DNA from: an uncultured Muribaculaceae bacterium
Lineage (GTDB): Bacteria > Bacillota_I > Bacilli_A > RF39 > UBA660
Reading direction: 5' to 3'
NCBI GenBank assembly: GCA_964416365.1
Contig: CAYQDO010000001.1
Location: 4,050-68,049 of the forward strand
DNA length: 64,000 bases
A program made the position numbers and the translations under genes. This document shows, piece after piece, positions 26,944-36,587 of the stretch (position 1 is the stretch's first letter; each line of letters starts with the position of its first letter). Below the pieces are notes generated by a model that saw nothing but the letters and a program-made list of their open reading frames with translations, was not told the origin of the DNA and did not search any database.

Positions 26944-28659
26944 TTATCCTACTCTAAATGGATCAGATGTTGTACCTGTTCCGCCAGTAATTTTCGTGTT
27001 AGAATTTAAAACTATTACCGGTCTAACTCCTGTCTTTTGACCACTATTATCAACTTTAGTAACTCCTCCTGTAGTATACAAGCTATATGCTCCTATAGCT
27101 TCTGCAACATTACCGTTACCGTCAACATATAAAGTAGTATTATAGTGTGGGTATGCCCTTCTGTTAAAACTGCTACTACCTGCTACACTGACACTGCTTG
27201 TAGATAATACTTTTTTACGATAATATGTCCCTAAGCCCCAAGTTGCACCAAAATTTAGATAATTGGAATTACAAGAAAATGTAGAACAATTAGCTATTTT
27301 ACTATAATCAGCATATGACAATAAACCAATTCTACTAGTCATAGTATCGTTTACTGAACTACCATATCCTTTAAGATCATAAGTTGCATTTTTAAGATAA
27401 GTACTATAATTAGCTAGGGTTGTTAAATAAGTATTTAAAAAAGTTAATAAACCATTAGGATTTTGGGTTAACAAATAATATGTATTTTCACTACTCAATC
27501 CATAACCTGAATTACAACAAGATGATGGACTACAATACCATCTTTCAGTATGATTTGAAAATGCATAATTGCCAATAGAAGTATTTAAAATTAAACCAAT
27601 ACTGTTATCTGGATATAGCTTAAATATACGCCAAGTTTTATTGGAATACGAAACATAATTACCTGTTTGCGGTCCTATATAATAACAAGAATTATCAGAT
27701 TGATCAGTACAATTATTATCATCACTAATTACTTGAGCGACATTGTCCATAACTTGATAACTAAATGTAGTTGTTGGAACTGAACCATCACTATTTTGTC
27801 TAGTATAAGTAACTGTTCTTGTAAAAGTACTAGCTGTATTTGTCGCAACACTATCAATTGAATAATCTGCAGTAGATAAATTAGTCGTTTGACCATATCT
27901 GTTTATTCCTTGTACAGTAACAGTTATTGGACTATTAATAACTACTTTAGTAGGAGATACTGTAGCTGTTATTGTAACAATATCGTTCATTGAGGGTGAA
28001 ACTATTAATGATCTATTAAGCTCTTTATTAATAGAACTTTCTGGCAACTTATAAGTATAGGTTATTGTATAAGTTCCTGGTCTTGTAATATCAACATTAC
28101 ATGTCGCACTAAGGATAACTTCATTAATACTTACACTTGTATTTACTGTACCATCAGTATTTACTAATCTTAATGCTGGTGTCCCCCAATCAGATGCATA
28201 ACTAGATATCTGATCACATGCAAAACTTTGATTATAATCAATAATCTTATTTTGAGTTTCCAAATATGACTCAGTTACAGTTTCAGCTGGATAATCAAAT
28301 CTAACTATACCACTTGCATCTAAAGTGGCTTTGACAAAGTCTTCTTCACTAGTTGCTCCAATTTTTTCTCCAGTTTGAGGATTTACTAAATTTTCATCTA
28401 ATAGTCCCTCTTCAATTAAATCGGCAACTTTAATAACCAAATATCCTCGATCAGTTTGTAATTGATTTAAAAGTGTGGTATTACCTGATAAATAAGCATC
28501 AGCCGAACTGACAATTTTATTTATTAAAGTGTCATAGTCTTCATTTTTGTTTTTATCAAAAACCTTATTAAGACCAACACCCACTACTAAACCAATGGCA
28601 ACTAGTATTACTAAGGAAATTACTACTTCAATTAAAGTAAAGCCATTTTTCTTCATCAT
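26944..28659 (-). CDS. giant modular type IV pilin (prepilin leader plus a ~540-aa C-terminal module ending in the conserved tail)
   Basis: Start ATGATGAAG at 28659 follows the RBS AGGAAGGTGAAG. MMKKNG|FTLIEVVISLVILVAIGLVV is a canonical class III signal. The C-terminal tail is GVRPVIVLNSNTKITGGTGTTSDPFRVG. The track ORF extends spuriously to 28800. Confidence 0.75.
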   Translation of the reverse strand: MMKKNGFTLIEVVISLVILVAIGLVVGVGLNKVFDKNKNEDYDTLINKIVSSADAYLSGNTTLLNQLQTDRGYLVIKVADLIEEGLLDENLVNPQTGEKIGATSEEDFVKATLDASGIVRFDYPAETVTESYLETQNKIIDYNQSFACDQISSYASDWGTPALRLVNTDGTVNTSVSINEVILSATCNVDITRPGTYTITYTYKLPESSINKELNRSLIVSPSMNDIVTITATVSPTKVVINSPITVTVQGINRYGQTTNLSTADYSIDSVATNTASTFTRTVTYTRQNSDGSVPTTTFSYQVMDNVAQVISDDNNCTDQSDNSCYYIGPQTGNYVSYSNKTWRIFKLYPDNSIGLILNTSIGNYAFSNHTERWYCSPSSCCNSGYGLSSENTYYLLTQNPNGLLTFLNTYLTTLANYSTYLKNATYDLKGYGSSVNDTMTSRIGLLSYADYSKIANCSTFSCNSNYLNFGATWGLGTYYRKKVLSTSSVSVAGSSSFNRRAYPHYNTTLYVDGNGNVAEAIGAYSLYTTGGVTKVDNSGQKTGVRPVIVLNSNTKITGGTGTTSDPFRVG

Positions 28660-28895
28660 CTTCACCTTCCTATTATTTATATAATACCAAATTTTATTTT
28701 GATAAACAATACATAATAAAAAAATAATGGGATTATTCCATAATTTATGAGCAACTCCACTGTGTTCTATCTTGGGATAAACTTGATAAAGCTGTTGCAC
28801 TTTAATCCATTAAAGACGGCACAAGCTAAATGACTTACATTTACAACATTATACTATATATTAAGTTAATTTATTATATCAATTTTTTTAAACAT

Positions 28896-28925
28896 TTAAA
28901 AACCACACTACTCGTGTGGTTAATT
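28896..28925 (-). terminator. rho-independent terminator after proS
   Basis: On the minus strand, AACCACACgagtaGTGTGGTT is followed by TTTTAAATGTTT. Confidence 0.7.
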
Positions 28926-30356
28926 TTAATATTGTTTCCCGTAATATAATTTATATTTTCCTGGTTTTCCACATATGGTACAAGGTTTATCACTGATTTG
29001 ATTCTCTAGAGGAATACATCTACTCTTTAGACCAAATTGTTCTTTCACAAGATTTTCACAATCCTCATTACCACACCAAGAAGTTAAAATAAAGCCTGGT
29101 TTTTGAACATAGTTTTTAAACTCTTCTAAAGTAGCAGCTTTATATAGCATTGAATTACGTCTTTCTTCAGCTCTTTTATATAAATTATTTTGGATATCAA
29201 TTAATTTATTTTTTACTTCTATAATGATTTCATCAATATTGTTATTAACTATATTTTTTTCTAAAGTATCTCTTCTTACTAAAGTAAGTTTATTTTCTTT
29301 TAAATCTCTTTCTCCTACTTCAATTCTCATTGGATAGCCTTTGACTTCTGCTTCAGCAAATTTAAAGCCCGGAGATTTATCACTACGGTCTACAAAGTAA
29401 GTAATATTTTCTTTCTTTAAAGATTCTTCTAAATCTAGAAGACATCCATTAACTAAATCTGAATTCCCTATTGGAATTATAGCTACTTTAGTTGGAGCAA
29501 TATTAGGAGGTAACACTAATCCCAAATCATCACTATGAGCCATAATCAGCCCACCAATCATTCTCGTAGTACAACCCCAACTAGTTTGATATGGATACTC
29601 CCAAGCATTATCTTTATTTAAAAATTTTATATCAAATGCTTTAGCAAAACCTTGGCCAAAATAATGAGATGTCCCATTTTGAAGAGCTACTCCATCATAC
29701 ATCATTGCTTCAATAGTATAAGTTTCTTCGGCTCCAGCAAATTTTTCTTTATCAGTTTTTTGACCTACAATTACTGGTAAAGCTAAATACTCTCTTTGGA
29801 ATTTTTCATAGACTTTAAGCATTCTTAAAGTTTCTTCGCGGGCCTCTTTTTCTGTAGCATGCATGGTATGCCCTTCTTGCCACAGTATTTCTCTTGAACG
29901 TAAGAAAGGTCTGGTAGTTTTTTCCCATCTAACGATAGTACACCACTGATTATATAAAAGAGGTAAATCACGATATGATTTAATTATTTTTTTATAATGA
30001 TCACAGAACAATACTTCACTAGTAGGTCTAACAAGCATTCTTTCTTCTAACTTTTCAGATCCACCATGAGTAACCCATGCTACTTCAGGGGCAAATCCCT
30101 CTACATGTTCTTTTTCAATATTAAAGAGACTTTCTGGAATAAACATTGGCATCTGAACATTGACATGGCCGGTTTCTTTAAACATTTTATCCAAAACAGC
30201 CACCATATTTTCCCAAATAGCATAACCATAGGGACGAATTATCATACTGCCTTTAACTGATGAATAATCTACTAAGTCTGCTTCACTAATAATGTCATTA
30301 TACCATTTAGCAAAATCTACATCACGACTGGTAATATTTTTGTTGTTTTTTTCCAT
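28926..30356 (-). CDS. proS: prolyl-tRNA synthetase, archaeal/eukaryotic type (class II)
   Basis: 476 aa. Class II motifs and a C-terminal zinc-binding CGNEDC...CTICGKPG. Confidence 0.85.
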   Translation of the reverse strand: MEKNNKNITSRDVDFAKWYNDIISEADLVDYSSVKGSMIIRPYGYAIWENMVAVLDKMFKETGHVNVQMPMFIPESLFNIEKEHVEGFAPEVAWVTHGGSEKLEERMLVRPTSEVLFCDHYKKIIKSYRDLPLLYNQWCTIVRWEKTTRPFLRSREILWQEGHTMHATEKEAREETLRMLKVYEKFQREYLALPVIVGQKTDKEKFAGAEETYTIEAMMYDGVALQNGTSHYFGQGFAKAFDIKFLNKDNAWEYPYQTSWGCTTRMIGGLIMAHSDDLGLVLPPNIAPTKVAIIPIGNSDLVNGCLLDLEESLKKENITYFVDRSDKSPGFKFAEAEVKGYPMRIEVGERDLKENKLTLVRRDTLEKNIVNNNIDEIIIEVKNKLIDIQNNLYKRAEERRNSMLYKAATLEEFKNYVQKPGFILTSWCGNEDCENLVKEQFGLKSRCIPLENQISDKPCTICGKPGKYKLYYGKQY

Positions 30357-30386
30357 AAACTTCCCTTCATTTCTATGTTTAGTATA

Positions 30387-31253
30387 TCAATTTATTATTT
30401 CTTGTTCAAGAATTAAATCTATTTTATATTTAGTTAAAACTTCCTCGTGAATTTTTAAAATTAGTTTTTTTATGTCTTCACTAGTAGCATTATTTTTATT
30501 GATTATAAAATTTCCGTGTTTTAAAGAAACCTCTGCTCCCCCAATACTTAAACCTTTAAGACCAGCATCATCAATTAGTTTACCTGCTGGATTAGCATTT
30601 TCTGGATTACGAAATACACTTCCTGCCGATGGATATTCAAGTGGCTGAGTTTCTCTTCTTTTCAAAGTTCTGTCTTTAATTATTTGTAACAATTCTACTT
30701 TATTACCATATTCTAATTTTAAATATGCTTTTAATACAATCATTTTTTTTGCTTTTAAAGAAGTATAGTGATAAGAATAATCAAAGTCTTTTATGGTAAT
30801 GGTTTTAAATTCATTATTATCTAGAACATCTATTTTAATTATTAGAGGCATTAATTCTCCTTTAAAGCAGGTAGCATTATTTACTATACTTCCTCCAATT
30901 GTTCCTGGAATACCACTAGCCCATTCTAATCCTTTAAGATTATTATTTATGGTAACTAAAGCTAGCTTATTAATCATATAAGAAGCCTCAACTTCAATAA
31001 TATTATCTTTTATGGTAAGTTCATTGATATTAAGCTTAATAACTACGCCATCATAATATTCAGGTAATATAATGTTTGACCCATTACCGATAATGAAGTA
31101 TTTTTCATTAATATCATTTAAATATTTGATTAAAGATTTGAGTTTGTTGTTATCATTTACAGTAATTAAACTTTTACATTTAGACTTCAAATGATAAGTA
31201 TTGTATTTCTCTAAATCAGCGTTATTTGTAACTATTCCATATTCTTCTAACAT
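30387..31253 (-). CDS. murB: UDP-N-acetylenolpyruvoylglucosamine reductase
   Basis: FAD-binding domain GNGSNIIL...; C-terminal GSVFRNPENANPAGKLIDDAGLKGLSIGGAEVS. Confidence 0.85.
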   Translation of the reverse strand: MLEEYGIVTNNADLEKYNTYHLKSKCKSLITVNDNNKLKSLIKYLNDINEKYFIIGNGSNIILPEYYDGVVIKLNINELTIKDNIIEVEASYMINKLALVTINNNLKGLEWASGIPGTIGGSIVNNATCFKGELMPLIIKIDVLDNNEFKTITIKDFDYSYHYTSLKAKKMIVLKAYLKLEYGNKVELLQIIKDRTLKRRETQPLEYPSAGSVFRNPENANPAGKLIDDAGLKGLSIGGAEVSLKHGNFIINKNNATSEDIKKLILKIHEEVLTKYKIDLILEQEIIN

Positions 31254-31306
31254 ACTATCACCTTTTTAAAATTATATTTAAAAAAACAGTTATTAGAAAA
31301 CTGTTT

Positions 31307-31735
31307 TTATCTTTTCATAGAATTAGCATTGTTTGTTGCTACTTTTATTGGATACATTTTAAGAAAGGATGCTATAAACTCTTCCATCGATTCAACATAA
31401 TCTTCTTTTCCCACTAAATATTTAAAATCATTTACATTTGATATTAAAATTTTATCTTTAGAGTCTGAATCCAACTCAAATACTATATTTTCAAAAGTAG
31501 CTTCAATAGCAGCTTTACGATATTCTAAAGAATATTTTGAATCAGCTGCATTAAGAACATCAAATTCCTTTAGCAATTCAGTAAACAAATTTTTTTCCTG
31601 GCATTCGATAATAAACCTTTCTAAATCATTAGAATTAAATTCATTAATATCTGACACACTGAGAAATAAACCTAAAAAGTCCATTGGTGTTAAAACTGGA
31701 TCGTAAAAGAAATTTTTCTTTCTGTTTTTTAACAT
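31307..31735 (-). CDS. hypothetical protein
   Basis: 142 aa, between the valS-like gene and murB. Confidence 0.4.
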   Translation of the reverse strand: MLKNRKKNFFYDPVLTPMDFLGLFLSVSDINEFNSNDLERFIIECQEKNLFTELLKEFDVLNAADSKYSLEYRKAAIEATFENIVFELDSDSKDKILISNVNDFKYLVGKEDYVESMEEFIASFLKMYPIKVATNNANSMKR

Positions 31736-31791
31736 TATTTATCTTCCTTCTGATTATATTATACCAATTATTTACTAAAAATCAAATAAAA

Positions 31792-34194
31792 CTAATTGTC
31801 TAATTCTAATTTAACAACCTCATAATTTTGAGTAATATTACTTATCTTTAAATGTTCAATAAATAAAGTTGCTTTAAAATCTGGCATCGCTTCGTTCAAA
31901 GCTTTTTCTAACTTTTCAGATAAGGCTAATTCTAAATCTTTAATTGGGGTTTTCAAAGATACATTAGCTTCAGTTTTAGCACCTCTAGCTATACTTATGA
32001 TTTCAACTAAAGAATCCCCTAGTTTTACTTCCTCAAAATTATAATTTAGTTCTTCAATTAAAGTCATATGAATTGATGAAGCATTATGATAAATTTCTTG
32101 GAAAATTTCTTCTGTAACAAATGGGAAGAAAATACTGAATTTTTGAAGTAACTTATAAAGAATAATATAAATAGTTTTTTGCCCACTTAATCTAGCTATT
32201 TTTCCAAACTCTTCTGGACGATATAAACGATGTTTAACGATTTCTAAATAATTATCACAGAAATTCCAAAAGAATTTTTCTAGAATATTTAAACTTAAAC
32301 CAACTTCATAGTCATCTAAGTATTTAAGAAAAGCTTGTTCCATTTCCTCATAACGAGCCAAAATCCATCTATCAAAGAATTCAAAATCAGTAAATTCTTG
32401 TTCTTGATAGTCAGTTAAATGCATCTCAATAAACTTTGCAGCATTAAAGATTTTATTAACAAGTTTTTGGCCTCTTTGAAAGGTTTCTTCATTTAAAGTC
32501 ATATCAGTCCCTAGACGACCAGAACCTGCTAAATATCTTACTACATCAGCAGAATATTGATTAATTAATTCAATTGGTTCAGACTTACTATTACTTTTAC
32601 TTTTACTTATTTTTTCACCTTTACCAGCCATAACAAAGCCAGAGATCATAATATTATCCCAAGGTCTTTCCCCAAAATGATGGAAACTCTTAACGATGGT
32701 ATAGAAGTCCCAAGTACGAATAATATCATGAGCATTAGGTCTTAAACTCATCGGTTTTAAAATATGCTCAAGGTTATTCTTTTCTCCATATTTCATATTA
32801 ATAAGGGGTGTTACTGAAGAAGTAGCCCAAGTATCCATAACATCTTTTTCAGAAATAAACTTATCATGACCACATTTTGAACAATTTTCTTTCGGTTTAT
32901 CTACTAAAGGATTAACTGGTAAATCTTCTACTTTAGCAAAAATTGGCTTTCCACATTTTTCACAATACCAAACTGGAAATGGTACTCCAAAATATCTTTG
33001 TCTGGAAATACACCAGTCCCAAGCTACGGTTTTAACCCATTCAACATATCTGGCATGCATATATTCAGGATGCCATTTTATTTCTTCACCAATTCGTAAA
33101 AAATCATCTTTATAGTTCATAATATCAATGAACCATTGTTTTAAAATACTATATTCAACTTCCGTACCACATCTTTCATGAACTTGAACTTCATGAGTAA
33201 GCGAATCTTTCTTTATTACAAAGCCACCTGTTTCTAAATCACCAATAATAGCTCTGCGAGCTTCTTTAATTTTTAATCCGCCGTAAGTTGGTACTTCTTC
33301 TTTAATCTTACCATCAGGAGTTAAAATATGTTTTAAAGGTAATTTATATTTACTCCACCATTCAATATCAGTTTGATCACCAAAGGTACAGCACATTACA
33401 ATACCAGTCCCTTTATCCATCGCAACTTTTTCATCAGCCTTAATTTGAACTTCGACATTAATAACCGGAATAATAGCAGTTTTACCAATTAAATGTTTAT
33501 TTTTTTCATCATTCGGATTAACAAATACACAGACAATAGCTGGTAATAATTCCGGTCTTGTTGTCGCGATAATAAATTCTTCATTGTCTTCTTTGGTTTT
33601 AAATTTAATATAATTAAAAGTCGTATCAATACTTTTAGTTTCTAATTCGGCTTGAGCAATTGATGTTAAACATTCATTACACCATAAAGCCGGACTTTTA
33701 GATTGATAAACTCTTTCCTTTTCAACCAAATCTAAGAATGAAGCTTGACTAATTTTGATAGTACTAGGACTAATTGTTTTATAAGCATGATTCCAATCAC
33801 AACTTACCCCGATTTTACTAAATAATTCTTTAAAGTCAGCTTCATACTTATCGGTTGTTTCATAGCAGTAACGCGAAAACTCTTCACGACCAATTTCATG
33901 AGCTTTCTTACCAATTTCTTTTTCAACCAGTCTTTCGCTAGGAAGACCATTATCATCAAAACCAAACGGATAAAAGACATTGTATCCTCTTAATCTTTTG
34001 TATCTAGCCATCATTTCGGTTTGAGAATATGAAAAAATATGGCCAATATGGATTTTACCATTAACTGTTGGGGGAGGTGTGTCTATAGAATATACTTCTT
34101 TACCATCTTCCTTAAATTCATAAATTTTATTATCTTGCCAGTACTTTAACCATTTTGGTTCTTTTTCCTGGGCATTATATTTTTTGTCTAACAT
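31792..34194 (-). CDS. valS: valyl-tRNA synthetase-type class I aaRS (short form without the C-terminal coiled coil)
   Basis: WLKYWQDNKIYE, PPPTVNGKIHIGH, ATTRPELL...NPNDEKNKHLIGK, DKGTGIVM, WCISRQRYFGVPFP, KISKS, and an anticodon-domain DRWILARY...CDNYLE match ValS rather than LeuS, despite the LeuS-like length of 800 aa. Confidence 0.65.
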   Translation of the reverse strand: MLDKKYNAQEKEPKWLKYWQDNKIYEFKEDGKEVYSIDTPPPTVNGKIHIGHIFSYSQTEMMARYKRLRGYNVFYPFGFDDNGLPSERLVEKEIGKKAHEIGREEFSRYCYETTDKYEADFKELFSKIGVSCDWNHAYKTISPSTIKISQASFLDLVEKERVYQSKSPALWCNECLTSIAQAELETKSIDTTFNYIKFKTKEDNEEFIIATTRPELLPAIVCVFVNPNDEKNKHLIGKTAIIPVINVEVQIKADEKVAMDKGTGIVMCCTFGDQTDIEWWSKYKLPLKHILTPDGKIKEEVPTYGGLKIKEARRAIIGDLETGGFVIKKDSLTHEVQVHERCGTEVEYSILKQWFIDIMNYKDDFLRIGEEIKWHPEYMHARYVEWVKTVAWDWCISRQRYFGVPFPVWYCEKCGKPIFAKVEDLPVNPLVDKPKENCSKCGHDKFISEKDVMDTWATSSVTPLINMKYGEKNNLEHILKPMSLRPNAHDIIRTWDFYTIVKSFHHFGERPWDNIMISGFVMAGKGEKISKSKSNSKSEPIELINQYSADVVRYLAGSGRLGTDMTLNEETFQRGQKLVNKIFNAAKFIEMHLTDYQEQEFTDFEFFDRWILARYEEMEQAFLKYLDDYEVGLSLNILEKFFWNFCDNYLEIVKHRLYRPEEFGKIARLSGQKTIYIILYKLLQKFSIFFPFVTEEIFQEIYHNASSIHMTLIEELNYNFEEVKLGDSLVEIISIARGAKTEANVSLKTPIKDLELALSEKLEKALNEAMPDFKATLFIEHLKISNITQNYEVVKLELDN

Positions 34195-34199
34195 AAAAA

Positions 34200-34480
34200 G
34201 CCTTCTTTCTTTTAAAAAAAGTTATAAATGTAAGGGCGAAGAATCGCGGTACCACCTTACCTTTATAACTTATTGCTTATATTTAACGCATATAAACGAT
34301 TTTTCTCCACTGCAACCTTCTTATAATCTAGCTATTAGCTCCCACCAAATACTAACTCTCTTTAAACTATTATATAATACTCCTCAGCTTCACTGAAAAC
34401 TACCATAATTATATAAGAATAAATAAAAATAATCAAGTTTTAAGTTGATTAACCCTGTCGTTTGGGTTATAATTAAGTGA
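34200..34480 (-). promoter_or_regulatory. T-box riboswitch leader upstream of valS
   Basis: The minus strand carries an AGAGAG box, GGTGGGAGCTAATA, the F-box GCGTTA, and the T-box AGGTAAGGTGGTACCGCG followed by a T-run before the RBS. The candidate specifier is GUU. Confidence 0.65.
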
Positions 34481-34503
34481 GAATAAAATAGGAGGTTTGC
34501 TTT

Positions 34504-35850
34504 ATGGTTCAAGATTTTTCGAATGAAGAAGTCATTTTCGATGCTGAACAACTAACTAACACAACAAATTCAAACTTAGTTAGTTTCAACTATGAAGAAA
34601 CCCCTATTACTGAAATCGTTAATATGATTATTTTGGATGCTATTAAGAATAATGCATCTGATATTCATTTTGATCCCACCGGGAATGAACTACGAATTAG
34701 AATTAGAATAGATGGAACACTTTATGACTACAGTTATGTTCCATTATATGTTCAAAAAAATATGATTACCAGAATCAAAATTATAGCTGGTATGAATATT
34801 ACTGAATCAAGAACTCCTCAAGATGGTGCTATTAAAAATAATCTTGAAAATACCAATGTCGATCTTCGTGTTTCGAGTTTACCAACGAACCTTGGAGAAA
34901 AAATCGTTATTCGTATTTTAGACTATTCCATGAGTTCAGCGGGAATTGAACAACTTGATTTCAACAAAGCTAACCTTGATAAAGTGTATAAAATGATTGC
35001 TGAACCAAATGGTATTATTTTAGTTACTGGTGCTACAGGTACTGGTAAATCTACTACAGTATATGCAATATTACAAAGACTGAATACGGAAGATCGTAAT
35101 ATTATTACCGTTGAAGATCCAATTGAAATGAATATTGGGGGAATCAATCAAGTTCAAGTTATTTCTGATATTGGTTTAACTTTTGCCAATGTTTTAAGAA
35201 GTATGTTAAGACAAGACCCCGATATTATCATGATTGGTGAGGTTCGAGATGATGAAACTGCTAGAATCGCCGTTCGTGCTTCAATAACCGGACACTTGGT
35301 ACTATCAACTATTCATACCAATAATTCATTAAATACCATAGAAAGATTATTAGATATGGAAGTTGAACGTTATCTGTTAGGATCTGCTTTAACTGGTATT
35401 ATTTCTCAAAAACTAGCTAGAAGACTTTGTAAGAAATGTCGTGGTTCCAGACTTACCAATGAATATGAAAAAAATGTTTTTAAAAAAGCATTAAATATTG
35501 ATGTAGATAAAATTTACGTGCCGGTTGGATGTCCGGAATGTCATAATGGCTATAAAGGAAGATTAGCTATTCATGAAGTCTTAAGAATTAATCAAGAAAT
35601 TCAGGATGCCATTACTAGAGATACAGACAAAACAACTTTAAGAAAACTGGTTTACTCTTCCGGAACAATTACGATGCTTCAAGATGGTTTAGCCAAAGTT
35701 ATTGAAGGTGAAACCACTTTTGAAGAAATAATAAAATTAATTGATTTAGAAGATGATTTAGGTACTGATACTAATTTAGGATTAGAAGAAACAATTGAAG
35801 ATAGTATAATCAATAATGAAAATAGAGATTACGATTTCTTAGAAATGTAA
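34504..35850 (+). CDS. type IV pilus / type II secretion family ATPase (PilB/GspE/ComGA-like), lacking the N1 domain
   Basis: Walker A GATGTGKST, Asp box, Walker B DPDIIMIGEVRD, His box GHLVLSTIHTN, and a tetra-Cys zinc motif CKKCRG...CPECHNGYKGR. 448 aa. RBS AGGAGG. Confidence 0.85.
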   Translation: MVQDFSNEEVIFDAEQLTNTTNSNLVSFNYEETPITEIVNMIILDAIKNNASDIHFDPTGNELRIRIRIDGTLYDYSYVPLYVQKNMITRIKIIAGMNITESRTPQDGAIKNNLENTNVDLRVSSLPTNLGEKIVIRILDYSMSSAGIEQLDFNKANLDKVYKMIAEPNGIILVTGATGTGKSTTVYAILQRLNTEDRNIITVEDPIEMNIGGINQVQVISDIGLTFANVLRSMLRQDPDIIMIGEVRDDETARIAVRASITGHLVLSTIHTNNSLNTIERLLDMEVERYLLGSALTGIISQKLARRLCKKCRGSRLTNEYEKNVFKKALNIDVDKIYVPVGCPECHNGYKGRLAIHEVLRINQEIQDAITRDTDKTTLRKLVYSSGTITMLQDGLAKVIEGETTFEEIIKLIDLEDDLGTDTNLGLEETIEDSIINNENRDYDFLEM

Positions 35851-35866
35851 TCTCTATTTTTTTTAT
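35825..35866 (+). terminator. rho-independent terminator overlapping the pilB stop
   Basis: AGAGATTAC...GTAATCTCT, a 9-bp stem, followed by ATTTTTTTTATT. Confidence 0.6.
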
Positions 35867-36576
35867 TACTTAGGTTGAATTTGTTTATAGTATTCAGTAA
35901 AAATATTAGCTAACTCAGTCTTTTCTTCACTATTCATTGGAATATATGAATCACCATCTACTCTTACACTATAACTAGATAAAGATTGTTCTAAACCAAG
36001 TATTTTTCCATCTTTGACAAATAAAACTGTTGGAAAATATAATCTCTTAATTTTTGGATTATTTAATCCTTTATATTCAGGTAAATAATCTTTTAGCATT
36101 TCCAATAATTTATTATAATTATCAGTACCTTTTTTCTCAGTAACAACTTTGCCTTTTTTATTTAAAGATTTAGTGTCACGATCTTCACGATTATTAAAAT
36201 AATAAATTGTATCTATTCCGTAATCAGTAGCTGATTTAGCAAGAATTGTAACTAAATTACGACACCAAGGACATTCTGGAAATCCAAAATATATTACCCC
36301 AGTACCTTCTTCAATAATTTCAAAAATTTCTTCATATGATGAATAATTTACCGGAACATAAGAAGGAAGCTCAACTGTAAGATATTCCTTATCATTATTA
36401 CTATTAACGGTTTTATTTAATTTTTCATATTCTTGTTCAAAATTTAATGAATCATTAGTAATTACATATTTTTTTTCGTTTTCATCAGATTTATTTTTTA
36501 TAAAATTATACACAATAGGTCCGCAAATTACTAAGATGATTAATGCTCCTATTAATATTTTAGTTTTTTTGTCCAT
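35866..36576 (-). CDS. membrane-anchored thioredoxin-fold protein (CPWC active site)
   Basis: N-terminal TM. FGFPECPWCRNL is a CxxC thioredoxin-like motif. Confidence 0.6.
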   Translation of the reverse strand: MDKKTKILIGALIILVICGPIVYNFIKNKSDENEKKYVITNDSLNFEQEYEKLNKTVNSNNDKEYLTVELPSYVPVNYSSYEEIFEIIEEGTGVIYFGFPECPWCRNLVTILAKSATDYGIDTIYYFNNREDRDTKSLNKKGKVVTEKKGTDNYNKLLEMLKDYLPEYKGLNNPKIKRLYFPTVLFVKDGKILGLEQSLSSYSVRVDGDSYIPMNSEEKTELANIFTEYYKQIQPK

Positions 36577-36587
36577 ATTATTATCTC

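Noticed and set aside
28660-28800. N-terminal 47-codon extension of the track ORF 26944..28800 (MQQLYQVYPKIEHSG...)
   Set aside because: It has no RBS and starts at an alternative codon. A strong RBS (AGGAAGGTGAAG) immediately precedes the internal ATGATG that begins the canonical prepilin leader. The extension is intergenic read-through.
31792-34194. Calling this 800-aa synthetase leuS on the basis of length and KxSKS
   Set aside because: The motif content and the anticodon-binding domain match ValRS (PPPxVxG, KHLIGK, WCISRQ). LeuRS-specific PYPSG and LFSRQ are absent.
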